DNA of 63,440 nt, counting the filler. It is 7 parts of 7 records of this genome, joined end to end, with 100 filler letters (N's around TTAATTAATTAA, not from the genome) between each part and the next. Parts side by side here need not be neighbours in the genome. Positions count along the whole stretch, not along the records: positions 8,266 to 29,253 come from SRR20825010_6218; 6 more parts are not named here. The stretch is one strand, 5' to 3'. Shown in pieces: positions 10,973-21,030 of this stretch. The number at the start of each line of letters is the position of its first letter. Position 1 is the first letter of the stretch. The notes beneath the pieces were generated by a model that had not been told where the DNA came from, searched no databases, and saw only the letters and a list, made by a program, of their open reading frames with translations. The position numbers and the translations under genes were made by a program.

Positions 10973-11248
10973 GGATACTTTAATTTTTTAGCAAAAATAG
11001 AGTTTAACGATAAAAAAAGTACAAAAATATGTTAAGACTTGATTTTTTGGATTTATAAAAAAAACTTTTTCTGACTAATTTTTTTGATAATCAGATACTA
11101 TTGTAAGTTTTTTCTTTTAATAATGAAGAAATATGAATAATTGTGTTGTTTAAAATCTTTTAAATACGTAATATTTTATATGCATTTTTTTGTTTTTATT
11201 AAGAAAAAATTATGATATTGTAAGATGCTAAATTCAAATTAATTAAAT

Positions 11249-14200
11249 ATGAGATCAAAGTTTACTTGGATGCTAACGTTTTTTATGGCGTTAGTTTTAC
11301 AGTTCTCCTATGCGCAGGAGAAGACAATTACAGGTATGGTGACAGACCAAGATGGTTTGCCGTTACCTGGAGCAAATGTAACTGTTAAGGGTACGTCCAC
11401 AGGTACTCAAACAGATTTTGATGGAAATTATTCAATTTCTACAGCTGTGGGGAGTAAATTAGTTTATTCGTATGTTGGTCAGAAAACTGTTGAGAAAACA
11501 GTTGGAGCAGCAAGTACAATCAACGTAGTTTTAGAGCAAGATGCTCAGGCACTAGATGAGGTAGTTGTATTAGGATATGCTACTTCTAGTAAAGCCGAAT
11601 TAACAGGATCAACTGTTCAAGTTGATGCTGCAGATATTGAGCAAGTTCCAGTAGCCTCTGTAGATCAGGTGTTACAAGGTAAAGTTGCTGGTTTAGTAAT
11701 GAATAACTCTTCTGGTACACCGGGTTCTACTGCAGATATCCGTATTAGAGGTGTTAGTTCTATTACAGCAGGGAATAATCCTTTATATGTTATTGATGGG
11801 GTTCCTGTAGCAAATACAGATAATGCTGATAATCAAAATTCTGGTTCTTCATTGTCTCCTTTAGCAAGTATTAGTAGTAACAATATTGAAAGTATTACAG
11901 TGCTTAAAGATGCTTCTGCTACTGCTGCTTATGGTGCACGTGGTGCTAATGGGGTTATTGTAATTACTACTAAAAAAGGTAGAGAAGGAAAAACAGCTAT
12001 TAGTTTTAACACTTCATATGGTTTTTCTAATGATGCTGTAGATGGACCAGACGTATTAACAGGGGCAGAAAGAGAAATGTTATTTTATGAGTCTTTATAC
12101 AACTCTTATGGGGTTAGTGATGGTTTTTCTAGAGATGGAGCGAAACAACATTATGAAGATAATTTAGGATTATATGGTTCTGCATACTATGATTGGAATC
12201 AAGCAGGGAGACCTGAAGCAAATTGGGACGAAGTAGTAACAAATAAAGATGCAGCTTTTAGAGAGTATAACCTTTCAGCTAGTGGAGGTAATGAAAATCA
12301 TAATTTCTATGCTTCATTAGGATATTTTAATCAAGAAGCAACTGTTATTGGTTCTGAATTTGAAAGAATTTCTGGACAGTTAAATTTTCAGAAATCATTA
12401 AATAGCAAATTAAAGTTTTCAACAAACAATAGTGCATCACATTCTTATCAAGATGGATTGTTAGAAACGAGTTCATATTTCTCTTCGCCTAGAACAGTTA
12501 AGTTTTTCGCTCCTCCAATAGAGCAACCATATGATGAAGATGGAGAAATCAACTTAAATACAACATTGCCTAACCCGTTATGGATTGCGCAAGAAGACAT
12601 TGATGATTCTCAGTTAGTTAGAATTTTATCTAATAACTCATTAGAATGGGAAACACCTATAGAGAATTTAAGATTTACTACACGTACAAATATTGATTAT
12701 CAAGTATATAACTATAAACGTTACCGTAATAGAATTGATGGTGATGGAGCTAGTACAAATGGCTATGGTTGGCAATCTCATAGTAGTAGAGCTAACTATG
12801 TATTCCAGAACTATTTAGATTATACTTGGAATGTGTCAGATGAGCATTCTATTGACTTTAAAGCATTACAAGAGTATCAAAAAAATAGATATTATTATTT
12901 AGAGGCAGATGGAGATTCATTCTCTGATGATGGATTAACTAATTTAAATTCATCTGGTAATCCAACTACTGCTAATTCTTATTTTACAGATTGGTCAATT
13001 GCTTCATACATGGGACTTCTACACTATAGTGGTTTTAATGGACGTTATGTTTTTGATGCTACCTATAGAAGAGAAGGAAACTCTCGTTTCGCCGATGATA
13101 ATAGATGGGGGAACTTCTGGTCTGTTGGTGGAGCTTGGAACATTCATAGAGAAGCTTTTCTTGCAGATAGTAATGTAATAAGTAATTTAAAATTAAGAGC
13201 TTCTTATGGAGTCACTGGTAATGCTAACATTGACTTGAATTTGTATCAATCGTTATTAAATTACGATTCAGATTATGCAGGTACTGGAGCATCTTATCCT
13301 GGAACTTTTGGGAATCAGAATCTTTCTTGGGAGACCTCTCATACTTATGATATAGGCGCGGATTTCGGTTTCTTTAACAATAGAATTACAGCTAATGTTG
13401 GTTATTACTATAGAGAGTCAAAAGATTTATTGCTTGAGGTTCCACTTTCTTTGACAACCAGTTTTGAAGAGCAAACACAGAATGTTGGTAGAATGGAGAA
13501 TAAAGGTTTAGAGTTAGAAGTAAACTTTGATATTATCCGTTCACAAAACTTCAATTTATCTCTTGGAGGTAATATGGCAACTAACGAGAATAAAGTGTTA
13601 GAAACGGCAACAGATGGAACAGGAGAGCCAATTAATATAACTACAGGAACACGTAGAGTTGAGGCTGGACATCCAGTTTATGGATGGTATATGGTTTCTT
13701 ACGCAGGAGTTAATCCAGATACTGGAGTTGACGAGTGGTATACAGATGGAGAAGGGAGTGCTACTACTACAACTTGGTCTCAAGCTAATCAAGTATGGCA
13801 AGGAGAAAGTGCTTTACCAACGCTTACGGCAGGTTTGAATTTGCATATTGATGCTTATGGTTTTTTCTTAGATGCTAATGGATATTATGCAGGTGGACAC
13901 AAAGTATTTGAAGATTGGACACGTTATACCAATGGTACAGATAGATTTTCATTAGATCTTTACAATGGAGTAGATGCATTGCTTGACAGATGGCAAGAAC
14001 CAGGAGATATAGCTAGATTTCCTAAAATGGAGTATACTGCAAAACCATGGCAAAACAGTAATAAGTTTTTATATGAAGGAGATTTTATTCGTCTAAGAAA
14101 TTTAACTTTTGGTTATGACTTTAATCAAAAAATTACTGAAACTATTGGAATAGATGGATTAAGGTTATTCTTAAGAGGAACTAATCTTTACACATGGGTG

Positions 14201-14308
14201 AAAGATGATCGTTTAAAATACGATCCAGAGACAGCAGCAGATGGATTTACAAGTTTGACAACACCACCTGTTAAATCATTCATTTTTGGATTAAACGTTA
14301 AATTTTAA
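11249..14308 (+). CDS. SusC/RagA-family TonB-dependent transporter
   Basis: CarboxypepD_reg-like N-domain; PLYVIDGVP; VLKDASATAAYGARGANGVIVITTKKG signature. Confidence 0.96.
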   Translation: MRSKFTWMLTFFMALVLQFSYAQEKTITGMVTDQDGLPLPGANVTVKGTSTGTQTDFDGNYSISTAVGSKLVYSYVGQKTVEKTVGAASTINVVLEQDAQALDEVVVLGYATSSKAELTGSTVQVDAADIEQVPVASVDQVLQGKVAGLVMNNSSGTPGSTADIRIRGVSSITAGNNPLYVIDGVPVANTDNADNQNSGSSLSPLASISSNNIESITVLKDASATAAYGARGANGVIVITTKKGREGKTAISFNTSYGFSNDAVDGPDVLTGAEREMLFYESLYNSYGVSDGFSRDGAKQHYEDNLGLYGSAYYDWNQAGRPEANWDEVVTNKDAAFREYNLSASGGNENHNFYASLGYFNQEATVIGSEFERISGQLNFQKSLNSKLKFSTNNSASHSYQDGLLETSSYFSSPRTVKFFAPPIEQPYDEDGEINLNTTLPNPLWIAQEDIDDSQLVRILSNNSLEWETPIENLRFTTRTNIDYQVYNYKRYRNRIDGDGASTNGYGWQSHSSRANYVFQNYLDYTWNVSDEHSIDFKALQEYQKNRYYYLEADGDSFSDDGLTNLNSSGNPTTANSYFTDWSIASYMGLLHYSGFNGRYVFDATYRREGNSRFADDNRWGNFWSVGGAWNIHREAFLADSNVISNLKLRASYGVTGNANIDLNLYQSLLNYDSDYAGTGASYPGTFGNQNLSWETSHTYDIGADFGFFNNRITANVGYYYRESKDLLLEVPLSLTTSFEEQTQNVGRMENKGLELEVNFDIIRSQNFNLSLGGNMATNENKVLETATDGTGEPINITTGTRRVEAGHPVYGWYMVSYAGVNPDTGVDEWYTDGEGSATTTTWSQANQVWQGESALPTLTAGLNLHIDAYGFFLDANGYYAGGHKVFEDWTRYTNGTDRFSLDLYNGVDALLDRWQEPGDIARFPKMEYTAKPWQNSNKFLYEGDFIRLRNLTFGYDFNQKITETIGIDGLRLFLRGTNLYTWVKDDRLKYDPETAADGFTSLTTPPVKSFIFGLNVKF

Positions 14309-14314
14309 AAAATT

Positions 14315-15715
14315 ATGAAGAGAATTAATTTTATATATAAAGTAGCATTTGTAGCGGTATCCCTAGTTGGGTTAAACTCGTGTACTACAGATGACTTAGA
14401 TCCTTCTACCGAACAGAATAAACCTGTAGAAGGGGGAATAACTACGGTAAGTAACCTTGAAGGAATTATTAAAGGAGCTTATAGCGCAATGACCTCAAGT
14501 GAATATTATGGTAGAGACTATATCATAACAAATGAGGTAAGAACAGATAACTGTTTTGCTAATGGTAGTTCTGGGCGTTTTACTACAGAAGCTCAAATGG
14601 CATATAATGAGAACAATGATTATATCTGGGATAATGCTTATGATGTGATAGCATCTGCAAATATTGTTATTAATCAGGATGTTAGTGTGCTTGAAGGGGA
14701 TTTAGATTATGCAAAACACCTTCAAGGTCAAGCATATACCCTTAGAGCTTTAGCGCATTTCGATTTGTTGAAGTCATATGGTCAAATGCATGCTGGAGGA
14801 ACACTTGGAGTTCCATATGTAACTGAATTTAAAGGAGAGGATTTATTCCCTAGTAGAAATACAATTGAAGAAAACAAAACAGCAATTGCAGCAGACTTTC
14901 AAGCTGGATTTGATATGATGAGCACTGCTTATAATGATTCTTCAAAAGAATTCTTAAATAAATATGCTGCAAAAGCTTTACAATCTAGATTTAATGTATA
15001 TTTTGGAATGTGGCCAGAAGCTAAGACCGCGGCAGAAGCTGTAATTAACTCAAAGTTATATTCAGTTTTATCTGCTAGTGATTTTGTAGGATCTTGGACA
15101 CAAGATGGATCTTCAAATTCAATCTTTGAATTAGCTTATAGTGCAACAGATAACCAAGGAATTAATGGACTTGCTTATATCTATAGATTAGGTCCAGCAG
15201 GTAGTTATGGAGATATTCAGGTTATTGATGAGGTTGCAACCCTTTTTGAAGATACAGACGTTAGAGGACTCTTACCAGATGACGATGATGAGCCAACAGG
15301 AATTTTAGGATATGAAGATAATATGTTGAGAAACATAGGGAAGTATCCAGACAATAGAGGGTATGATAATGTTCCTGTAATTCGTTATGAAGAAGTAATC
15401 CTTAACTATGCTGAGGCATTATTAGAAACAGGTGGAGATGCTTTAACGCAATTAAATATGATTCCTTCAAACAGAGGAGCTACTCCTTATACTTCTGCAA
15501 CAAAGGAAAACATCCTTTTGGAGAGAAGAAAAGAATTGATGTTTGAAGGTTTCCGTTTTGATGATTTTGTACGAAATGGAATGGGAGTGGAGAAAGTTTC
15601 ACCTCAACAAAATTTATTAAGTACAGTTCCTTATGGGGATTATAGATTAGCATACCCTATCACAAATGCAGAAACAAATGCTAACTCTAATATTGTTCAA
15701 AATGACCAATATTAA
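14315..15715 (+). CDS. SusD/RagB-family surface lipoprotein
   Basis: Lipobox LNSC; LRALAHFDL, IRYEEVILNYAEA, ERRKELMFEGFRF motifs. Confidence 0.95.
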   Translation: MKRINFIYKVAFVAVSLVGLNSCTTDDLDPSTEQNKPVEGGITTVSNLEGIIKGAYSAMTSSEYYGRDYIITNEVRTDNCFANGSSGRFTTEAQMAYNENNDYIWDNAYDVIASANIVINQDVSVLEGDLDYAKHLQGQAYTLRALAHFDLLKSYGQMHAGGTLGVPYVTEFKGEDLFPSRNTIEENKTAIAADFQAGFDMMSTAYNDSSKEFLNKYAAKALQSRFNVYFGMWPEAKTAAEAVINSKLYSVLSASDFVGSWTQDGSSNSIFELAYSATDNQGINGLAYIYRLGPAGSYGDIQVIDEVATLFEDTDVRGLLPDDDDEPTGILGYEDNMLRNIGKYPDNRGYDNVPVIRYEEVILNYAEALLETGGDALTQLNMIPSNRGATPYTSATKENILLERRKELMFEGFRFDDFVRNGMGVEKVSPQQNLLSTVPYGDYRLAYPITNAETNANSNIVQNDQY

Positions 15716-15752
15716 ATAAACTTTTTATTTGAATTAATTGCTAATTAATTCC

Positions 15753-15784
15753 AAACCCACCAGATTCACTGGTGGGTTTTTTTT
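15753..15784 (+). terminator. Intrinsic terminator after first susD
   Basis: AAACCCACCAG-attca-CTGGTGGGTTT followed by a T-run. Confidence 0.85.
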
Positions 15785-15960
15785 ACTTCTACTTTTTTTC
15801 TCTTCCCACAGTTTTGTAATCATTACTTCTAGGTAGGTGTAGTCTGTCTTATAATTTAAGTAAGTTGATATGTGTTATATTCTATATTTTGTAGAATATT
15901 TGTCTCTTTTTAAGAAATATTTCACATATTAGTGCACGCTAAATTCAAATTAATTAAAAT

Positions 15961-18771
15961 ATGAGATCAAAATTTACTTGGATGCTAACGCTATTTATTG
16001 CGTTAGTTTTACAGTTTTCCTATGCGCAGGAAAAAACTATTACAGGGGTGGTATCAGACCAAGATGGTTTGCCATTGCCTGGAGCAAATGTTACCGTTAA
16101 AGGTACAACCAACGGTACTCAAACAGATTTTGATGGCTATTATTCTATCGATGTTTCTGTAGGTAAGGTAGTAGTGTATTCTTTTATTGGACAAAAAACA
16201 GTTGAAAAAACTGTTGGTTCACAAAATGTTTTAAACATAACTTTAGAGCAGGATGCACAAGCATTGGATGAGGTAATAGTGACTGGACAAGGTGCAGGGA
16301 TACAAAGAAAGAGATTGTCTACAACAGTAGATGTTGTTGATGCAGAGACTATAGATCGTTTGCCTTCAGGTCAAATAGATCAAATCTTGCAATCTAATAC
16401 GCCTAGTGCACAAATCAGAATTAGTTCGGGTCAACCAGGAACAGCAGCGATCATAAGAACTAGAGGTCCTATTAGTGCCGCATCTTCTTCAACACCAGTT
16501 GTTATTGTAGATGGAATCAGGGTAGATAATTTAAATTCAAATGCAGAGTTAGGTTTGGACACTGGTGGAGCTAATGTATCTGCCTTAGCAGATATACCTG
16601 TTGAGTCAATTGAAAAAATTGAATATATTAAAGGTGGTGCGGCAACAACATTATATGGAGCTGATGCTGCTAATGGGGTTATCCAGATAATTACAAAAAA
16701 AGGAAAAGCAGGAAAGTCAACGTTTTATTATGAGAATAGATTAGGAGTGATTTCTGGAACAAAAGATTATCTTAAATATGATAGAACAGGGGAAGCGTTA
16801 TTTAGTGAAGGATTGTCAATTGAACATAAAGTAGGTGTTTATGGAGGTACTGAAAAATTCACTTATAATTTTACAGGAAGCTTATATGAAGATGATTCAT
16901 TTACAGATGTAAACCAACAAGTTAAACGGAATTTAGCATTTGGGTTTAGCGCCCAAATTACTGATAAGCTTAAGTATCAAGGTTCTTTTTCTTATGTAGG
17001 CTTTGATTCTACACTGGATTATAATGCTAATACGTCTTTTGGAAGATTTTCAAATGCTGAAGGAGGCTCATATGGTAATCTAGATGAGCTTCCTGAAGAA
17101 GAGTGGCAGTCTCGTTTGGAGAATTTAGATGAAATAGCACCACTTGTTGATATAACTAGGGTTATAAATAGGTTTACTGCATCCAACAAGTTTACTTATG
17201 ATATTACAAGCAAATTTCAAACAAATGCAACATTTGGTGTAGATCAACGAAGCTCCGTAGATCAAGCTATTCAAAGTAATGAATTACAAATAGTTTTGGG
17301 AAGTAAAAATCCAGGAACTACAGATCAAGCGGAAATGGATAGATCATTGAGGTCTTCATTTACAGTTACTGCGGATTTAAACTTTACGCATAAAGCGAAT
17401 ACAGAAAATTTTTCTTTTGTCACTATATTGGGGACTCAGTTTTTTAGATCATCAGATAAACAAAATTTAATATCAGGTACTGGAGGTGTTGATGGAACTT
17501 CATCTATTAATAATTTTGCGACAAAAACAGCCGAGGACTTTGTGTTGGAGAATGCTAATTACGGATTGTATTTTTTAGAAAATATTGGTGTATATAATGT
17601 TGCTTATTTAGAGTTCGGAGGTAGATTGGATAAAAATACATCAGCTGGAAAAAATACGAATGCAATCTTTTTGCCAAAAATTGGGCTGACTTATAACATC
17701 TCAGATCATGATTTTTATAGAAATAGCAGTATATCAAATGCTATATCTAATATAAAATTAAGAGCAAATTATGGAGAGGCAACTAATTTTGCTGAGCCAT
17801 TTTCTCAAGACAAGACTTTTGCATTAGAATCGTTTTTAAACGTACCGGCATTTAGATTTGATAATCCGGGGAATCCTTACCTAAAGTCCGAAATTGTTAA
17901 GACATATGAATTTGGATTGGAATTAGGTTTTTTAGACAATAGGATTAATATTGGAGCAACAAGATATGTAGCAAAAACAGAAGATGCTTTATTTACTCCT
18001 GGAGCACCGCCTTCTTCAGGGCAACTCAATCAAATACAGAACATAGGGGAAATAGAAAATAAAGGGTGGGAATTTGCATTAAACACAGCAATTCTAAAAA
18101 ATGAGAATCACAAGTTAGATTTAAATCTTTCCTATAATTACAACCGAAATAAAGTGGTAAGTTCTGGTGGAAGTGCACCCTTTAATGTAGGAGGTTTTAC
18201 TGTTGTTGGTTCTTGGATCGAAGAAGGTCAAAGCTTGGGTTATTTAAGAGGAAATGCAGCATATGAACAATCAGATGGGACTTTTGAATTTGTAGCAAAT
18301 GAGAATTTAGGAGATACTTTTGCTCCTAGCTTTGGATCAATGAGTTTGAATTATAGTTATAAAAATTTCAACTTCTTTGCTACCGGAGATTATCAATTTG
18401 GAGGGAAGATTGTAGACTTAAGTTTTTTATTAAGAGTATTAGGAGGAGTTGATTATGAAGGGATTCCAGATGCTTTAGCTGGACAAACTAGCCCTTTTAA
18501 TTATGTCAATTATGTAACTTTTGATAATGATTTCTTGAAGATAAGAAACATTGGTGCTTCATACAGGTTTGGAGAGCTCTTAAAGCCATTTTCTGATATG
18601 ATCTTTGGTCTTTCAGTAACGAATCCATTTAATTGGACAGCTGGAAATTTTGACCCTGAAGTAACAGGATCTGGTATTGGAGATCAAAATGCATTTTCTA
18701 GTGGGGGATTTGCTTATGGAACTGAGTCAGCACCAAGAATTTTTATGACATCACTTAAATTTCAATTCTAA
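15961..18771 (+). CDS. Second SusC-like TonB-dependent transporter
   Basis: Same N-domain as first SusC; IKGGAATTLYGADAANGVIQIITKKG plug motif; terminal Phe. Confidence 0.93.
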   Translation: MRSKFTWMLTLFIALVLQFSYAQEKTITGVVSDQDGLPLPGANVTVKGTTNGTQTDFDGYYSIDVSVGKVVVYSFIGQKTVEKTVGSQNVLNITLEQDAQALDEVIVTGQGAGIQRKRLSTTVDVVDAETIDRLPSGQIDQILQSNTPSAQIRISSGQPGTAAIIRTRGPISAASSSTPVVIVDGIRVDNLNSNAELGLDTGGANVSALADIPVESIEKIEYIKGGAATTLYGADAANGVIQIITKKGKAGKSTFYYENRLGVISGTKDYLKYDRTGEALFSEGLSIEHKVGVYGGTEKFTYNFTGSLYEDDSFTDVNQQVKRNLAFGFSAQITDKLKYQGSFSYVGFDSTLDYNANTSFGRFSNAEGGSYGNLDELPEEEWQSRLENLDEIAPLVDITRVINRFTASNKFTYDITSKFQTNATFGVDQRSSVDQAIQSNELQIVLGSKNPGTTDQAEMDRSLRSSFTVTADLNFTHKANTENFSFVTILGTQFFRSSDKQNLISGTGGVDGTSSINNFATKTAEDFVLENANYGLYFLENIGVYNVAYLEFGGRLDKNTSAGKNTNAIFLPKIGLTYNISDHDFYRNSSISNAISNIKLRANYGEATNFAEPFSQDKTFALESFLNVPAFRFDNPGNPYLKSEIVKTYEFGLELGFLDNRINIGATRYVAKTEDALFTPGAPPSSGQLNQIQNIGEIENKGWEFALNTAILKNENHKLDLNLSYNYNRNKVVSSGGSAPFNVGGFTVVGSWIEEGQSLGYLRGNAAYEQSDGTFEFVANENLGDTFAPSFGSMSLNYSYKNFNFFATGDYQFGGKIVDLSFLLRVLGGVDYEGIPDALAGQTSPFNYVNYVTFDNDFLKIRNIGASYRFGELLKPFSDMIFGLSVTNPFNWTAGNFDPEVTGSGIGDQNAFSSGGFAYGTESAPRIFMTSLKFQF

Positions 18772-18782
18772 ATAAAGATAAA

Positions 18783-20207
18783 ATGAAAAAAACAATATAT
18801 ATAGTTTTATTAATAGCTTTTACTTTGAGTAGTTGCTCAGATAATTTTAATGAGGCAGTAGATTTTACAGATATAGAAAATCCTAACCTTTCAGAAACCT
18901 CTATTGTGGGACAGCCTAATTCCTCAAAGATTTGGTTGACAGGACTGGAGAGAGAAACATCTCTTGCTTATAACGAGATTATAATATTAGCTGAATTAGG
19001 ATCAGATAATTATATAAATACAGAGACTTTTTTCAATCAATTTCTAGATAATATAGATATTAGAGTGGAAGATCCTGATATTAGAGATACACAATATAGA
19101 ATTGCCAGATTAAGAGAATCTGCACTATTTGGTTTAGAAACTGTCGGTCCTGCGGATTCTGAATATGCAACAATAACAGAAGCTGAATATAATTTCTATG
19201 AAGGTTTATCATATATGCTGGCTGGGATGTACTTTTCAGCTTTACCTCAAGAAGAATTAGGGGTTGCTGTTAGCTCGGTAGAAAATTATAATTCTGCAAT
19301 TAATTCTTTCAATAAGGCAATTACTATAAATCCAGACATCCCATATTACTATATGGCTATGGCTAGAGTATATTATTATCTAGGTAATAAATCAGCTGCT
19401 GTTGATGCAGCAAAAAAAGCTCTAACTCTTGATAATAGTTTTATTAAAGCGGCAAAATATGACCAAGATGACGGGCCTTCTAATACTATGGAAAGTGCAT
19501 TATTTGCTAGATCTACTTTTGATGACTTACAACCTTTACCAACACTGGATTTTTTAGATCCTAAATATTCTTTTTTGTCTAGTGGAGAAGATCCAGCAGT
19601 TAATTTTTTAAAAGCAGAAGAAGCCTATCTTATTCTAGCTGAGGCGAATTTATCTACAGATATTGGAATGGCGAAACAAAACTTAAAAAATTTGTTGATG
19701 CTAATAGCTACAAGAGAGGTGAGAACTTTTAGCGATACTATTGAGGATCGAACACAAGATGAACCTGGCTCTAGACCAGATACAACCTCAGTAGTTGTAA
19801 ATGGGAGAGAGGGGCTTGTTCTTTATCGTAAAGGAGAGCAAATCAGTGTGCCATCTGTATCAGGAACTTCTCTAACTGATGAAGAAATCAATATGGCGAG
19901 CACAGAAGATGAATTACTTAAATTGATATACAGAACAAGGCAGGAAGTTTTTATAGCTGAAGGGATACGTTTTGTTGATATGGGTGTGAAATTGGTTATA
20001 CATGAAAATGAAATTTTACAAAACCCGAATATTAATGCTGGAGACCCTTCAACAGTTCCAGTAATTCCGTCATTCATATCTAGTGTAGTTAGTGATTTGG
20101 ATGCCATTACTTATGACCGAACATCGGGTATGGCAATGACAGCTATAGATTTAAATGATATATTGGTTCAAAACAAAACATCTTCAGAGGTAATTCCTTT
20201 TTATTAA
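18783..20207 (+). CDS. Divergent SusD-like lipoprotein
   Basis: Lipobox LSSC; TPR-like helices; EEAYLILAEA and RQEVFIAEGIRFVD degenerate SusD motifs; follows SusC. Confidence 0.8.
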   Translation: MKKTIYIVLLIAFTLSSCSDNFNEAVDFTDIENPNLSETSIVGQPNSSKIWLTGLERETSLAYNEIIILAELGSDNYINTETFFNQFLDNIDIRVEDPDIRDTQYRIARLRESALFGLETVGPADSEYATITEAEYNFYEGLSYMLAGMYFSALPQEELGVAVSSVENYNSAINSFNKAITINPDIPYYYMAMARVYYYLGNKSAAVDAAKKALTLDNSFIKAAKYDQDDGPSNTMESALFARSTFDDLQPLPTLDFLDPKYSFLSSGEDPAVNFLKAEEAYLILAEANLSTDIGMAKQNLKNLLMLIATREVRTFSDTIEDRTQDEPGSRPDTTSVVVNGREGLVLYRKGEQISVPSVSGTSLTDEEINMASTEDELLKLIYRTRQEVFIAEGIRFVDMGVKLVIHENEILQNPNINAGDPSTVPVIPSFISSVVSDLDAITYDRTSGMAMTAIDLNDILVQNKTSSEVIPFY

Positions 20208-20251
20208 AATACTAAAAAGAGAATTAATTTTTTGTTCAATAAATTCAATAC

Positions 20252-20281
20252 AAAAACCCACCAACTTAGGTGGGTTTTTTT
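20252..20281. terminator. Bidirectional intrinsic terminator
   Basis: AAAAACCCACC-aactta-GGTGGGTTTTT between convergent susD-like and rnhB. Confidence 0.85.
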
Positions 20282-20876
20282 ATAAATCTAATTTTAGTTG
20301 TTCTGGTAATAATCTAAAAGAAAGACGATGGTATTTTGTAGTACCATATTTTTTTATGGCTTCTCGGTGCTCTTTAGTTGGATAACCTTTATTTTTTTTC
20401 CAATTGTACATCGGGTATTCTTCATGGATTTCTTCCATATAAGCATCGCGGTAAGTTTTTGCAAGGATGGAAGCTGCAGCAATACTTAAATATTTACTAT
20501 CGCCTTTAATAATACATTCATATGGAATATCTTTAAAAGGTTTAAATCTATTTCCGTCTACAATAATATGTTCAATCTCACTATTTAGTTTATCTAGTGC
20601 ATTATGCATAGCCAAAATAGATGCATTTAAAATATTTATTTCATCAATTTTAATAGGATAAATATGAGCAACGCCAAAACAAGTAGCTCCTTCTTCAATT
20701 ATTGGTTTTAAGATGCTCCGTTTTAATGCTGTTAATTGTTTGGAGTCGTTAATAATTTTATTTTTAAAATTTTCAGGAAGAATAACTGCAGCTGCCGTTA
20801 CTGGTCCTGCAAGGCATCCACGTCCAGCTTCGTCAGTTCCAGCTTCTAAAGAGAATTCACTATACGATTTATACAT
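20280..20876 (-). CDS. rnhB: Ribonuclease HII
   Basis: [21 protein letters not shown]....[15 protein letters not shown] motifs. Confidence 0.97.
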   Translation of the reverse strand: MYKSYSEFSLEAGTDEAGRGCLAGPVTAAAVILPENFKNKIINDSKQLTALKRSILKPIIEEGATCFGVAHIYPIKIDEINILNASILAMHNALDKLNSEIEHIIVDGNRFKPFKDIPYECIIKGDSKYLSIAAASILAKTYRDAYMEEIHEEYPMYNWKKNKGYPTKEHREAIKKYGTTKYHRLSFRLLPEQLKLDL

Positions 20877-21030
20877 TTTAATCGTTATTTAGGAGCCTAT
20901 ATATGGCTAATTCAAAAAAGTCAAAGTTAAAAATAGATACGGTATTTTGTCTTTTTTCAGTGTAAAAATAATAAATCCACTTATATGGATTTCGTTCAAA
21001 TAATATACCTTTGTTTTTAAATCAAAATGG

